Origin: Malacoraja senta
Taxonomy: Eukaryota
Direction: 5' to 3'
DNA length: 64,000 bases
NCBI GenBank assembly: GCA_038087875.1
Contig: CM075989.1
Coordinates: 9,302,001 to 9,366,000 of the forward strand
The stretch's first letter is position 1, and each line of letters opens with the position of its first letter. Below the pieces are notes generated by a model, which had not been told where the DNA came from, did not search any database, and saw only the letters and a list, made by a program, of their open reading frames with translations. Positions 1 to 11,949 of this stretch are shown here, one piece after another. The position numbers and the translations under genes are program-made.

Positions 1-260
1 TTTACTCTCTTTACAACACTCCCTATGGCACTATTTTTCACTGTGAAGGTCCTGCCCGAGTTTGACTTCCCAAAATGCAATACCTCACACTTATTGCAAT
101 AAAACTCCATTTGCCATTCTTCAGCTCACTATCCCAGCTGATCAAAATCCTGCTTTAATTCTTGATAACCAGCTTCACCATCTATGATGACACTTCTTTT
201 AGTGGCACTTGCAAACTTACTAATCACACCTTGTATATTCTCATCCAAATTGCCTGGTAT
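1..260 (-). mobile_element. Degenerate CR1 LINE RT fragment
   Basis: Similar to the CR1 copy at 24660-24860 (cccaaaatgcaa-acctc-cactt). Confidence 0.65.
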
Positions 261-954
261 TTTGTATTCGCCTGGTGGTCATCACTTTGCTTGTATTCTC
301 ATGAACTACACAGCGATCACCACGAAACATGCTATCCATAAAATTCTCAGCTTCATGGATTCAATGCAGTGACATTAGCTGTTGGTTAAGTTTGAAAATC
401 AGAAGCTCCAGCTCCTCTAGCAGTCATCCCTTCCTATCCCTGAGTTGTCCAGTGTCATGGAGTTCCCACATGACACATTCCATGGGCACAAGGTGGCTGC
501 CATGTTTCTATTTATCAAAAAAAACAGAGTACTTACTGTTTCACTCACCCTGATGGTATTTGGTTATTACCTAGCTCTTGTTTTTAAACCAAATATTGTT
601 TAAACTCACTTGCATTTCTTTCAACCAGGATGTTTTTCCCACACTCTTTTAAAATCCTGGCTTTCTTTCTTTCCGTGTTTACTTATTTGTGTGTTTTGTT
701 CTATTTGTGCTTTATTTTGTTATTTCAATATTTCTATCTGCATTTTAATTTATTTCATTTCTTGTTTAATGCATTTTTGTGTTTCTCTATTTTGCTCTTA
801 TTGTAATCCCCTCTTTCTATATTTCTTTCTTCCTGTTTGCACATGGACAAAACTATTAGCCACGGATCTACAATCACATATTACAATCGCTCCACATATT
901 TAAATCTCTACTCCGACAGCAACATTTCTTATTTTAACGATGATATTCCCTGAT

Positions 955-1082
955 CATACATCTGTACACTGTAAATGGCTCGATTGTAATCATGTTTTGT
1001 CTTTCCGCTGACTGGTTAGATTGCAACAAAAGCTTTTCACTGTATCGCGGTACACGTGATAATAAACTAAAGTGAACTGAAA
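955..1082 (+). mobile_element. LINE/SINE 3' tail fragment (related copies at 2265-2382 and 28720-28773)
   Basis: Shared gactggttagcacgcaacaaaagcttttcactgta...tgacaataaactaa; AATAAA plus short tandem tail. Confidence 0.6.
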
Positions 1083-2004
1083 TTGTGTTTGATGTTAATA
1101 AATCACTGTGTGATTTTTTGGGAGAGTGAATTCATCTCTAAGATATCTACATTGAATGTGTATGAAGGGTAAGATATGGCCTGTTTCATCCAGGTTAATG
1201 CTTTCGGAGGTCATTTGAGTATTAAGTATTCATATTGCCCATCTCTCCTTTGAATCCAGTTTCAAACCACACATCTCCTTCAAGGCTGTTCAAACTCATG
1301 GATCATTGTCATCGGGTATTTTTATTTTAGACAGTGTTACCAATTCAGACTTTATCCTACATATCACCATTGCTAAAATTGATGAGGTGAGGATGCAAGA
1401 CCAGAAGGTGGTCCTTGTAACCATGCTGCTGGGTGGGTGGGATATTAGATGTCCGGGTTGGTTATTGTTGGGCAGCACATCCTCTCTCTACATTACAGTG
1501 GATCTGCAGAGAGGTGCGGTCAAACAGCACCTAGAGACATTAATTATGGCATTTCTTCCTGAAGGCATTTCTTTCTTCATTCCTCAGTGTGGAAGATGAC
1601 AGCTTTCTAGCAGCCCATACAATCAAGTGGAATGCCATTACTAATATCCTCAAATCGATATTGGATGTTAACAAAAGATCACCCAAGCAATAGAGCAATG
1701 TTTGAAGACGTGTCAGACGAAGAAGAACAAGTGTCTAAAGAAGGATCCCAACCTGAGATGCCACCTATCCATGTTCTCCAGAGATTCTGGCTGACCTACT
1801 GAGTTACTCCAGCACTTTGTGCTTTCTTTTGTACACCAGCATCAACAGTTCCTTGTTTCTAGAGAGCAATGTTTTATTTCTTTTTTTCTGCCTACATTTC
1901 TTTTAGCATTCCTTGGTTGTGTATTTTGTTCTTTCTGCTTTGGTTTCTTTTAGATATTCTTCGTTACTTTACTTTTTTATTTGCACATTTCTTTAGTCAT
2001 TTAG

Positions 2005-2240
2005 GAAGGAACTGCAAATGCTGGCTTACACCGAAAATAGATACAGAATGCTGGAGTAACTCAACAGGACAAGCAGCATCTCTGGAGAAAAGGAATAGGT
2101 GATGTTTCGGGTTGAGACCTGTCTGAGGTTTCTCAGTTTCTGTCTGAAGAAGGGTCTCGACCAGAAACATCACCTATTCCTTTTCTCCAGAGATGCCGAT
2201 TGACCCGCTGAGTTACTCCAGCACTTTGTGTCTATCTTTC
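2005..2240. mobile_element. Inverted pair of Penelope-like terminal repeats (MITE-like palindrome)
   Basis: tgctggagtaactca...cagcatctctggagaaaaggaataggtgatgtttc and its reverse complement; same sequence as the 3' ends of the PLE copies at 19180-19278 and 30130-30230. Confidence 0.8.
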
Positions 2241-2384
2241 TTTAGTTGTTTCTATTTTTGTCCATATCTATGCACTGTAAATAGATCGATTCAAATCATG
2301 TATTGCTTTTCTGCTGACTGGTTAGCACGCAGTCAGCTTTTCACTGTACCTCGGTACATGTGACAATAAACTAACTGAAACTGT

Positions 2385-3350
2385 CAGAGGGTAGTTAATC
2401 TGTAGATCTCATTGTATACAGAGGGCTGTGGAGGCCAAGTCAGTAAATATTTTTAAAGGCAGAGATAGATTAATTCTTGATTAGAACGGGTGTCCAGGGT
2501 TACGGGGAGAAGGCAGGAAAATGGGATTAGGAGGCAGAGATCACCCCACTTGCGATAAATGTTTAACCCAAGATGCAACTATAACACACTCTTTTGTTTC
2601 CTGTATAAAACCTTATAGATTTTGGAGTGATATTTTCAAAATATTCACAAAATTATTTAAGATAAAAATGGAAACTAATAATGAATTGATTATATTTGGG
2701 GTAATGGGAGAGGGGAATAAATTGAATCCATCTCAAAAATTATTTTTTAATTATGGTTTAATAATAGCAAAAAAATTAATACTTAAATTTTGGATAAATA
2801 CACCAATACCAACGCTCAAAATGTGGATTGCAAGTATGTTGGACACCGCACATCTTGAGGAAATGCGATTCCTCCTAATAGATAAATTTGACCAGTTCAT
2901 AACGAGTTGGTCTCCATTTGTCGTCTTTTTGGAATCATATGGTGCAACACAATTGTAAAAGCTAACTCGTGACTGGGCGAGGGATGGTCAAGATTATAAA
3001 TAAGATCTCCTTACTTCTTTTTTCTTTTTCTTCCCTTTATTCTCTTTTTCCTATTTTCTATTCTTTAACTTTCTTCTTTCACTTTCTATTTTTCTTTTCC
3101 ACACACTATATATCTCATATTTTTCTATACTTCATTATCTAATTTCTTTTTCTTCTTTATTATAATAAAAAAATAAGAAGCTGTACATAAAATGTATTAT
3201 GAAAATATGATTGTATACAATTGTACTTACTTCTAATAAAATAAAAATAAATATAAAAAATAAAAAAATAGGAGGCAGAGATCAACCATGATTGAATTGC
3301 GGAGTAGACTCGATGGACCGAGTGGCCTAATTCTACTCCTATAACTTGTG
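2385..3350 (+). mobile_element. CR1 3' end, split by an L1-clade insertion
   Basis: agagggctgtggaggccaagtca...ggagaaggcagga, resuming after 3269 with gatggaccgagtggcctaattctactcct. Confidence 0.75.
2544..3268 (+). mobile_element. 5'-truncated L1/Tx1-clade LINE (ORF2 C-terminus, 3' UTR, poly-A)
   Basis: CDKC-x8-H-x4-C knuckle in ORF 2521-2958; AATAAA and A-rich tail; 16-bp TSD TAGGAGGCAGAGATCA at 2528-2543 and 3269-3284. Confidence 0.85.
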
Positions 3351-3389
3351 AACTGAACTGAATGATTAGAAAGAAATGTGGAAAAAAAG

Positions 3390-4428
3390 AGTCAACAGTG
3401 TTTTATTGTCATATGTCCCAGATAGGACAAAGAAATTCTTACTTGCTGCAACACAACAGAATATGTAAACATAGTACATAACGGGAGCAGAAAACAAGTT
3501 CAGTGTGTATATACACATGCACACATACTCAATAAATAACAAATATAGTGCAATAAAAATAATAGTCTGTTGCAGTTCAGAGCTTATTTGTTGTTGTGTT
3601 TAATAGCCTGATGGCTGTAGGGAAGTAGCTGTTCCTGAACCTGGACGTTACAGTTTTCAGGCTCCTGTACCTTCTTCCCGATGGCAATGATGAAATAAGT
3701 GTATGGCCAGGATGGTATGGGTTTTTGAGGCAGCGACTTCGATAGATCCCTTCGATGATGGGGAGGTCAAAGTTGGTGATGGACTGGGCAATGGTCACAA
3801 CTTTTTGCAGTCTTTTCCGCTCCTGGACGTTCAAGTTGCCGAACCAGGCCACGATGCAACCAGTCAGTGCTCTACTGTGCACCTGTAGAAGTTCAGGAGA
3901 ATCTTCTTTGACATGCCAAATCTCCGTAATCTTCTCAGGAAATAGAGTCGCTGATGTGCCTTCTTTATAATTGCATCAGTGTGCTGGGTCCAGGAAAGAT
4001 GTTCGGAAATATGCACGCCCAGGAATTAGAAGTTTTTGACCCTCTCCACCATCGTCCCATTGATGTAAACAGGAGTGTGGATCCTCATCCTTCCCCTACC
4101 AAAGTTCCTTGGTTTTACTGATGTTGAGAGCCAGGTTGTTGTGCTGGCACCATTTGGTCAATCGGTCGATCTCACTTCTATACTCTGACTCATCACCATC
4201 TGTGATTCGTCCAACAACAGTGGTGTCGTCAGCGAACTTGATGATGGAGTTCGCACTATGTCCGGCTACGCAGTCATGGGTATAGAGTGAGTACAGCAGG
4301 GGGCTGAGCACGCAGCCTTGAGGTGCTCCCGTACTGATTGTTACTGAGGTTGAAGTGTTTCTGCCAATTCGAACTGACTGTGGTCTGTGGATGAGGAAGT
4401 CGAGGATCCAATTGCGGAGGGATGCCCA
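3390..4428 (-). mobile_element. Rex1/Babar-type LINE, 3' part, decayed
   Basis: [13 protein letters not shown]...[12 protein letters not shown] and LPSGRRYRSLKTVTSRFRNSYFPTAIRLLN; frameshifts. Confidence 0.85.
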
Positions 4429-4716
4429 GTTCTGCTAAGTAAAGAAAGGAACAGTATAAAAAAGAAGCAATCGACAATAGGTGCAGGAGTAAGCCATTCG
4501 GCCCTTCGAGCCAGCAACAAATGCAGAAAGAACAAAATGAACGAACAGAGTATGTTTTTTGCTCTCCCCAGTCCCATTGACAAGTGTTGAAGCCACGAGG
4601 GTGTGAAGAAGGGAAACCCCTGGAGAAAAGGCGGGAATATTCAAACCCGGGGCGCTGACGTCAACGGCGAGCCCACGTGACGCGGCCGGCGCCCATGCGC
4701 GGAGAAGCGCGAGAAG

Positions 4717-4740
4717 ATGGCGGACAGTGCGGAACTGAAG
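4717..4740 (+). CDS. PIAS1: First coding exon of E3 SUMO-protein ligase PIAS1 (MADSAELK), phase-0 donor; remaining exons outside the window
   Basis: ATG GCG GAC AGT GCG GAA CTG AAG followed by gtaatt; matches the vertebrate PIAS1 N-terminus (MADSAELK|QMVMSLRV); strong Kozak aagATGG; lies in a CpG island. Only 8 codons are visible. Confidence 0.88.
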
Positions 4741-4909
4741 GTAATTCGCAGATGAATTGAGGCTCTGGGGGGCGGGTGGCTGTAGTCGCCGCCGCGCTCG
4801 GTGCTGGAGCTGCGGCACCGCGGGGGAAAGTGAGAGTTGGCGGGCCCCGTGCAAAGGGGGGGGAGAGGAGAAGGAGGCGCGCAAGTTTGGCTGGTCCGGT
4901 GGAGGTGAA

Positions 4910-4936
4910 GGCGGCGGCGGCGGCGGCGGCGGCGGC
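4910..4936 (+). repeat. (GGC)9 trinucleotide repeat at the 5' end of intron 1
   Basis: Read directly. Confidence 0.95.
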
Positions 4937-7357
4937 TGCTGTTGACAAGTTGCGAGGCGGCTGCTCGCTGGACGGCCGTCGGGCCGCCGTGTGTTTGAAG
5001 TGAATATAATAAACAGGGGAAGAGGCCGCCCGCTGAGTGCGGGACCCGGCTCCAGCCCCTCTACTACTGCCGTCCTTCCTTCACTCGCAGACCCCTGCCT
5101 GCGGACCAGTGCGCTGCCCATTTGTCTAACGGTCCCCGGACTCTGCCTCTGACCCTGGGCAGCGCCTCGCCGCTGCCGGGACCATGGACGATGGCGATCC
5201 CACTGCTTTTGTATCTGCCATTGTTTTTCCCTAAGTTGGAGCCACTTTACCTCAAAAACAAACCCACTCCCGTAAAATGCAAAAGTGCACCATTCACAGG
5301 GTTGCTTCTGTTTTTCTTTAAAGTTGGAGCCAATACCTCAATGCTTTCCCCCTTCCAGTTCTTTATCCAGCTGGGTAGAAAACCTCTTACAATTATTTTT
5401 CCCCCAAACCAAAATCGCTGCTCTTCCAGGAGCGGCGAGTTGGAGTTTGTTCCGCAGGTTGCTGTTTGTTTTGTTCCGCATGTGTGGATGTTTTCTTTAT
5501 TAGCGGTTAAGGTGATTGTTTAATGTGGTGTTAGTTTCATATCGAGAGTCGTTTCGAATACAGTGTGGGTGTTACGAGCAAAATGGGACAGTATCTAGTT
5601 TTGTAAATGTTGGGAGATTTAATATCAGCGAAATTACGACGATGTCCGTAGTCGAGCTCCTCGTCAGATTCTTTCTACGCTGTTGACTGGTTTTAAGAAC
5701 TTGCTCCTGTTACATATGACACTGCTATTTATATCGCCTGTACTTTGGAAGCAACGCAGCTACAAACCATAATCGAAGCAAACGATAAAATAGGTATTTT
5801 GCCGATTTAGATGCGATATCAAAGCAATGTTATTAGATTACTTGGTTTCTTTAACAACGCTTTTAAAGGAATTTGTGCAGTAGCCAGTATTATTTCAATG
5901 CTTTTAGGGCTTTTTTGGGCATATGTAGAAGTAAATGGGTCGCATACTATTTTTGGGTTATCTGTCTAGATATTCAGCGGGAATGATGGAATGAGCATAG
6001 ATTGGGGTCAAGGCACTCATTTAAGATATTCTTGTGTGTATCTGCAGGGACATGAGATTAAAGACAAATCAGTGGTTTGTACTGGGATTTGTGATGCAGT
6101 AGATTGGCATCTTGTCCACTCCTCCCTGTTGCTCCTTTGAAAATCAACCAATATTCGGGAGTCTCCATCGTAACCATATGCTAAGCAAGTGGATAGACTC
6201 AAATGTTATGTTACTAAATTGGGTTTTTACTATGTGACACCGATGCAACTCAAATGAGGTTGATGCTCACAGAAAATGTTAAATTATTTTGTTGGTGATA
6301 TTTTTTATTTTTTTCTTCTAACATGGTGTGAGTTAGCTGCTAGGAAATTGAACACCTTTTCAATATTGCTATTCCGTGTTGACTGTCAAAAATGTGAACA
6401 TTATATTGCATAGTTTATTTGTAATTTTAGCCAACAACCTGAAATTTTAAATACAATATAGTTCTGATATAACAATTTTAATTTTGTTTGTAAAAGCATT
6501 TGTGCAATATTTGTTTAAAGTAATTAATTTGTAATGTCTAATTTATTCTGTGATAAAATATGGAGATATAGATGGTGAAAATTCAATCATTTGTTTAAAT
6601 TTTAGTGCTTGCTTATTAACCTTTATCCTATATATAGTTCTATCCTATCCTACAGTGGAAGCAATATGTTGTGATGCAGTAAACATGTTATAAAATAACA
6701 CAGTAAATACCACTGCCAAGCCTACTTTGTATTTCAAAACACCTGAATTTGTAATTTCTGCAAACCTGCCTGCAGAAATAATTTCCTCTGAAAGCTTTAT
6801 TCTTTAAAATGTTTGGCTGTTTTCTGCCCGTGACTGGAAAAGATCTTGCAGTCGTGGTGCTGTTAGATATTTAGTTGTTTTTTGTTTTGGGTAAGAGGTG
6901 AGCATTCATCTTAGCGTTTGGTTTTGTTTGATGCCCTGGAGTAGAATCTACCTGTTGGACAATTGCTGCTAATGTGTAGGGAGTGGATGAGAAAGTGAGA
7001 TAACATAGAACTATTATGAATGGGTGATCACAGGTTTGGTGTGGAGTGGACTCAGTTGACTGAAGGGCCTGTATCTCTTAAACTAAACTAAAACAAATCT
7101 ACTTGAAAGGGCATCATGCTTAACTAACATTTGGGAGCCAGGCAGTATAGTTGTTTCAACAAACCACGTGCCCAGTTACTTGACATGAAATGTAATGTCA
7201 TGTTAAAGCAGCTAAGTTAACTATTCTCATTTAGCGGTTTTCTCCCAGAAATCGCTTTTTAGCCTCCTATTTATCAAGTTAAGTTATTTTCAAAACGCAA
7301 AACATTCCTAAATCTTAATGCACAGTTTCTGGTGATCATTTGGTGTTTATATGGCAA

Positions 7358-8140
7358 ATAGAAACAAAGAAAATAGGTACAGTAGTAGGCCATTCGGCCC
7401 TTTGAGCCTGCACCGCCATTCAATATGATCATGGCTGATCATCCAACTCAGTATCCTGTACCTGCCTTCTCTCCATACCCCCTGATCCCTTTAGCCACAA
7501 GGGCCACATCTAACTCCCTCTTAAATATAGCCAATGAACTGGCCTCAACTACCTTCTGTTGCAGAGAATTCCACAGATTCACCACTCTCTGTGTAAAAAA
7601 TGATTTTCTCATCTCGGTCCTAAAAGACTTCCCCCTTATCCTTAAACTGTGACCCCTTGTTCTGGACTTCCCCAACATCGGGAATAATCTTCCTGCATCT
7701 AGCCTGTCCAACCCCTTAAGAATTTTGTAAGTTTCTATAAGATCCCCCCTCAATCTTCTAAATTCTAGCGAGTACAAGCCGAGTCTATCCAGTCTTTCTT
7801 CATATGAAAGTCCTGCCATCCCAGGACTCTGGTGAACCTTCTCTGTACTCCCTCTATGGCAAGAATGTTTCCAAGATTAGGAGACCAAAACTGTACGCAA
7901 TACTCCAGGTGTGGTCTCACCAAGACCCTGTACAAGTGCGGTAGAACCTCCCTGCTCTTATACTCAAATCCTTTTGCTATGAATGCTAACATACCATTCG
8001 CTTTCTTCACTGCCTGCTGCACCTGCATGCCTACTTTCAATGACTGGTGTACCATGACACCCAGGTTTCGTTGCATCTCCCCTTTTCCTAATCGGCCACC
8101 ATTCAGATAATAGTCTACTTTCCTGCTTTTGCCACCAAAT
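7358..8140 (-). mobile_element. CR1 LINE 3' portion
   Basis: LVRPHLEYCVQFWSP; GLSYEERLDRLGLYSLEFRRLRGDLIETYKILKG; CR1 tail. Confidence 0.92.
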
Positions 8141-8619
8141 GTATGGTTCCTCTGCATAATCATGATAGAAGCAGAAAACAGCAAGAAGAAAATATTAAAA
8201 ATACTGAGCATCTTCCTGTTGTTCTGTGATTTTGTTTTTGTTTCTCTATCACATTAACTCCACTCTTTCAAACACTGGCACAATGATGTAGCTACAAAAG
8301 CTGCTGCCTCCCAACTCCAGTGACCTGGATTCAATTCTGACCTCTGTTTGCACATTCTCCCACATCCCAAAATTGTGTGGGATAGCTGTTTAATTTGCTT
8401 CTAAATCACCCCGTCAATAGAGGCAACTGGCAACATTTGGGGGAAAGTAGCAAAATTTATAATGTTTTTGGGCCTCTCTTTTTAATTAGAGTACATCTAA
8501 ACAATGTGACACAAAAATTGTCTGAAAATGCTGAGAAGTTTTTGAAAAATGGGGCTGATCATTGATATGAAATGCATTGGTGTGTACGTCATCAGCTATC
8601 AGTATGATATGGGTAATGG

Positions 8620-8990
8620 TCATGTATATAGAATAGATATGGTAAAAGCACAGTCTGTTACCCAGAGGAGGGGAATCAAGCCCAGGAGACATATGCTAAA
8701 GGTGGGAGGAGAAAGATTTAATAGGGAACCTGAGGGACAACTTTTTCACACAGTGGGTGGTGGGTGAGCTACCCGAGGAGGTAATTGAACCTAGAATGAG
8801 CTACCTGAGGAGGTAATTGAGGCAGGTACTAAAACACCATTTAAAAGATGTTTGGACTGGTACATGGATAGGAAAGGTTCAGAGGGATATGGGCCAAACA
8901 CAAGCAGGTGGGACTAAAGTAGATGGGACATCTTGGTTGGCATGAGCAAGTTGGGCTGAAGGGTCTGTTTCCATGCTGTACGAGTCTGAT
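8620..8990 (+). mobile_element. CR1 3' end fragment
   Basis: LKVGGERFNR-type residues and gggctgaagggtctgtttccatgctgta tail. Confidence 0.75.
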
Positions 8991-10539
8991 GTTCAAAAGA
9001 TATTGAAACTCAACAAAGACAACTGACATCATATGGCAGTCAACATTTGTGCATAGATTAGAAAGTTCAAACTTGAAAAGTGAAACGTTGCAAAGGCAGC
9101 ATCTGTGGACAGAGAAAGTTAACTTTTCAGATTAATTTATTGGTGAGGAAAAGTCAGTCGTCTTGGCAATTATGTACCCTCTTGATTTGTTATGCCGTAA
9201 AAGTAGCTTTATGTGAAAACACAGAATTAGGAAAGTTTGGTACATTTGTAAGTTTGAACATATCAACTAAATGTCAAAAGTAGAATTACATGTAGCAATT
9301 ATGATTTAATATATTTTCTTGCCTTACAGCAACTTCCACCTTATACATCGAGGGAGAATTGTATGTGTATGTCCTTGTGTAGGAGCAGCCTGCCATCTTC
9401 TTTACGTAGTTTGTCTTGCACTATGAAGAATTTATCATTATCAGTTGCGATAAAGTTGTGGTTTGCATTCATTGAATGTATTTTACCGCACATGACTAAA
9501 GATTTATTTGTTTAAATATACTGAGATGTTCAAGCATTGTACCGGAGCCTTTTCCATTCTTGGGAATGCTGTGTGCACTCATGTTGTTGACCTCTAACCT
9601 TATGCCGTATGGTTCAGTGATTGGCAGGAGCTTTAAATTGAAGTGCACGTCTCCACTGAGGAAAACAAATATTTGTTGCAGAACCAACTGCAGTTAACTT
9701 GTTTCATTATGTTTGCTTCAAATAATTAAAACAAATGTAGAATTTTTCATTATTTTCCTACTTTTGTGAAGATAAAGGCAAATGCCCTGGGTTGATTTCT
9801 CAAGTCTCGGCTACCCTCCATTCCTCTCTGTTAAGGTATTTGCACAAGTCTAATCAATGTCCGCCAGAAAGCTACTCCTTAACAAATTTTCCTGCATGAG
9901 ATAGTAGGAAGAGTCGTCTTGGCCTTTCTTTGCACTGCACTGACACTAGTTCTCGCATCCAGCTGAGTCTGAACAGCTATCGTGCAGGGAACACCTGAGC
10001 TTGTCTGGCCGCATTGGATAAGTTTTGTTTTCACGTGTATGAATAGAGGAAATATATCTGTGGGTCACAATCTTTTTGTTGGAACAGCTCTCAGGTGAAA
10101 TTATTTAAAAGAAACATTTGTCATGCTGATCATTAAATTTGTTGAGCACAATAATGTTTTTTTTTTTTTTTTTAAATAGAGGCCAAAATTTTGGTTGCAT
10201 AAAGTGTCAAATCTCAGATTATCTATTTGGCTAATTGTTCTGTCTTCAATTAACTTGATCTTTGTTCTAGGATGGGTGCCTTTAACATTCAACGCAAGTT
10301 TATTGTCATGCACAAGTACGATGAGGTACAATGAAAATCTTGCTTGCAGCAGCATCACAAACATATAGACTCAGACACACACAAAAACATGTTATATATA
10401 AATTCTACAAGACAGTGAAAAGAAAACAGCTTAAAGACATTTAGAAAAAAGAGAAAGTGATGGAATAACTCAGCAGGTTGATCATCATCCCTGAAGAATG
10501 TGGATAGGTGAAGTTTTGGGTCGGGACCCTTCTTCATCC

Positions 10540-11007
10540 ATCCAGCGGGCGGGCGACGCTGGATCAGGAACACCGCGGAGTCGAAGCTCCAACCGGCGCG
10601 ACCTGAAGTCCGCGGGCGTCGCAGTCTCCGGGGAAGGAGCGGCCGCTTCAGACATTTTCAAGCTGCTGAGGACTTTTCCACCCGATGCGGGTGGGCAGAC
10701 AACATCGGGCTGCCGTTGCGGCGACTGGCTGCAGTGGCCTCAGACTGGCCCCGACCTCAGGTGGACTAGGAGGAGGAGGAGGAGGAGGACTGGACATTTT
10801 AGTGCCTTCCCTCACAGTGGAGAGTGTAGTTTCTACTGTGGGGGGATGTTCGTGTTTGTGTAAAATCTCTTATAGTGTGTTGTCATTTTTTCTATCTATT
10901 TTTATTATTTGTATGGTTAGTTAACTGTAAAGCACTTTGGCTTTTGCTTTAATTCAATTGGAAAATGTGCTATATAAATAAACTTATTATTATTATTATT
11001 ATTATTC
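10540..11007 (+). mobile_element. Unclassified non-autonomous retroelement, GC-rich body with L2-like 3' end
   Basis: Ends tgtaaagcactttg...tgtgctatataaataaac followed by (tta)n; body resembles 21445-22157. Confidence 0.45.
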
Positions 11008-11029
11008 ATACATTTAAAAAACAAGTTAA

Positions 11030-11485
11030 TGGCAGTGCAAGAGATGGTGTTCTGTTGCCGAGGTACGATTAGGATTTTGCATGTTCGTTCAATAACCTGG
11101 TGGTTGTAGGAAAGTAGCCTTTCCTGAATTTGGTGGTGTGACATTTTAAGCTTTTGTACTTCCTGCCTAATGATGGCAGTGAGAAGAGGGCATAGCCGAG
11201 ATAATGGTGCTCCTAGATTTGTGCTGCCTTCAGCTGGAGGCATCTCATGGACTAGGCTGAGCCTACCACTCTCTGCAGCCCCTTGCTTTCCTGTGCAATG
11301 GAATTGCTATAGCAGGCCAGGTTCCATCAGTCAAAATACTGTCTGCGGTACATCTGTAGAGTTTGTTGGAGTATTCAATGACATGCCAAAGTTTTAAGAA
11401 CTTAGAGTCCCTGGCACACTGCCATAGTGATTTAATCTGTGTGATGGGTCCAGGACAGGTCATCCGAGATATAAACATTTCCAAT
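11030..11485 (-). mobile_element. Decayed Rex1-type LINE
   Basis: Parallels 3600-4010 (ctgtacttcctgcctaatg, gacatgccaaa, ggtccagga). Confidence 0.65.
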
Positions 11486-11949
11486 ATTCACTGGAATAGT
11501 TAAGGGGCCTGGACAGGGTGGAATTTGTTAAATACATTCAGAGAGGGTTTTTGAAGTGGCATGTAGAAGATCCTAATAGGGAGGAAGCTGCACTCAACTT
11601 AAGGGAATGAGGGTGGGCAAGTGGTGGAATTATCAGTGGAGGAATTCTTTTAACAGTGACCACAATTCGATAAGTTTAAGGTCGTGGGAAAAGTGAAACT
11701 AAGAGAAGGTCTTAAACTATTGAAGTCAGCCCTCATCCATTTAAGACATAACCTGACGAAAGTAGATTAGGAGCAGCTGCAAGAGTGGAAAAACAACATA
11801 CAATAAGTGGGAGGCATTTGAAAAGCAATGGAGTCCAGAACAAAAAACAGTGCTGGAGGAACTCTGCGAACAGTCTACATCTGTAGAGGGAATGGACAGG
11901 CGACATTTCGAATCGTGACCCTACTTCAGACTAAGCTGAAGAAGATTCA

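Larger units (their letters stand above)
4590..5260 (+). promoter_or_regulatory. CpG-island promoter of PIAS1
   Basis: Sharp GC/CpG-rich block; GGCGGGAA (E2F-like, 4630-4637), TTCAAA (inverse CHR, 4640-4645), TGACGTCA (CRE, 4656-4663), CACGTG (E-box, 4674-4679), GCCCATGCGC (NRF1-like, 4691-4700), AAGATGGCGG (YY1, 4714-4723, overlapping the ATG). Confidence 0.8.

Noticed and set aside
184..2102. Short hydrophobic ORFs upstream of the promoter
   Set aside because: T-rich or repeat-derived sequence, no splice or homology evidence
4435..5121. 228-aa and other minus-strand Pro/Ala-rich ORFs over the CpG island
   Set aside because: Expected from GC richness and (GGC)n; no recognisable domain; the + strand PIAS1 exon explains the island
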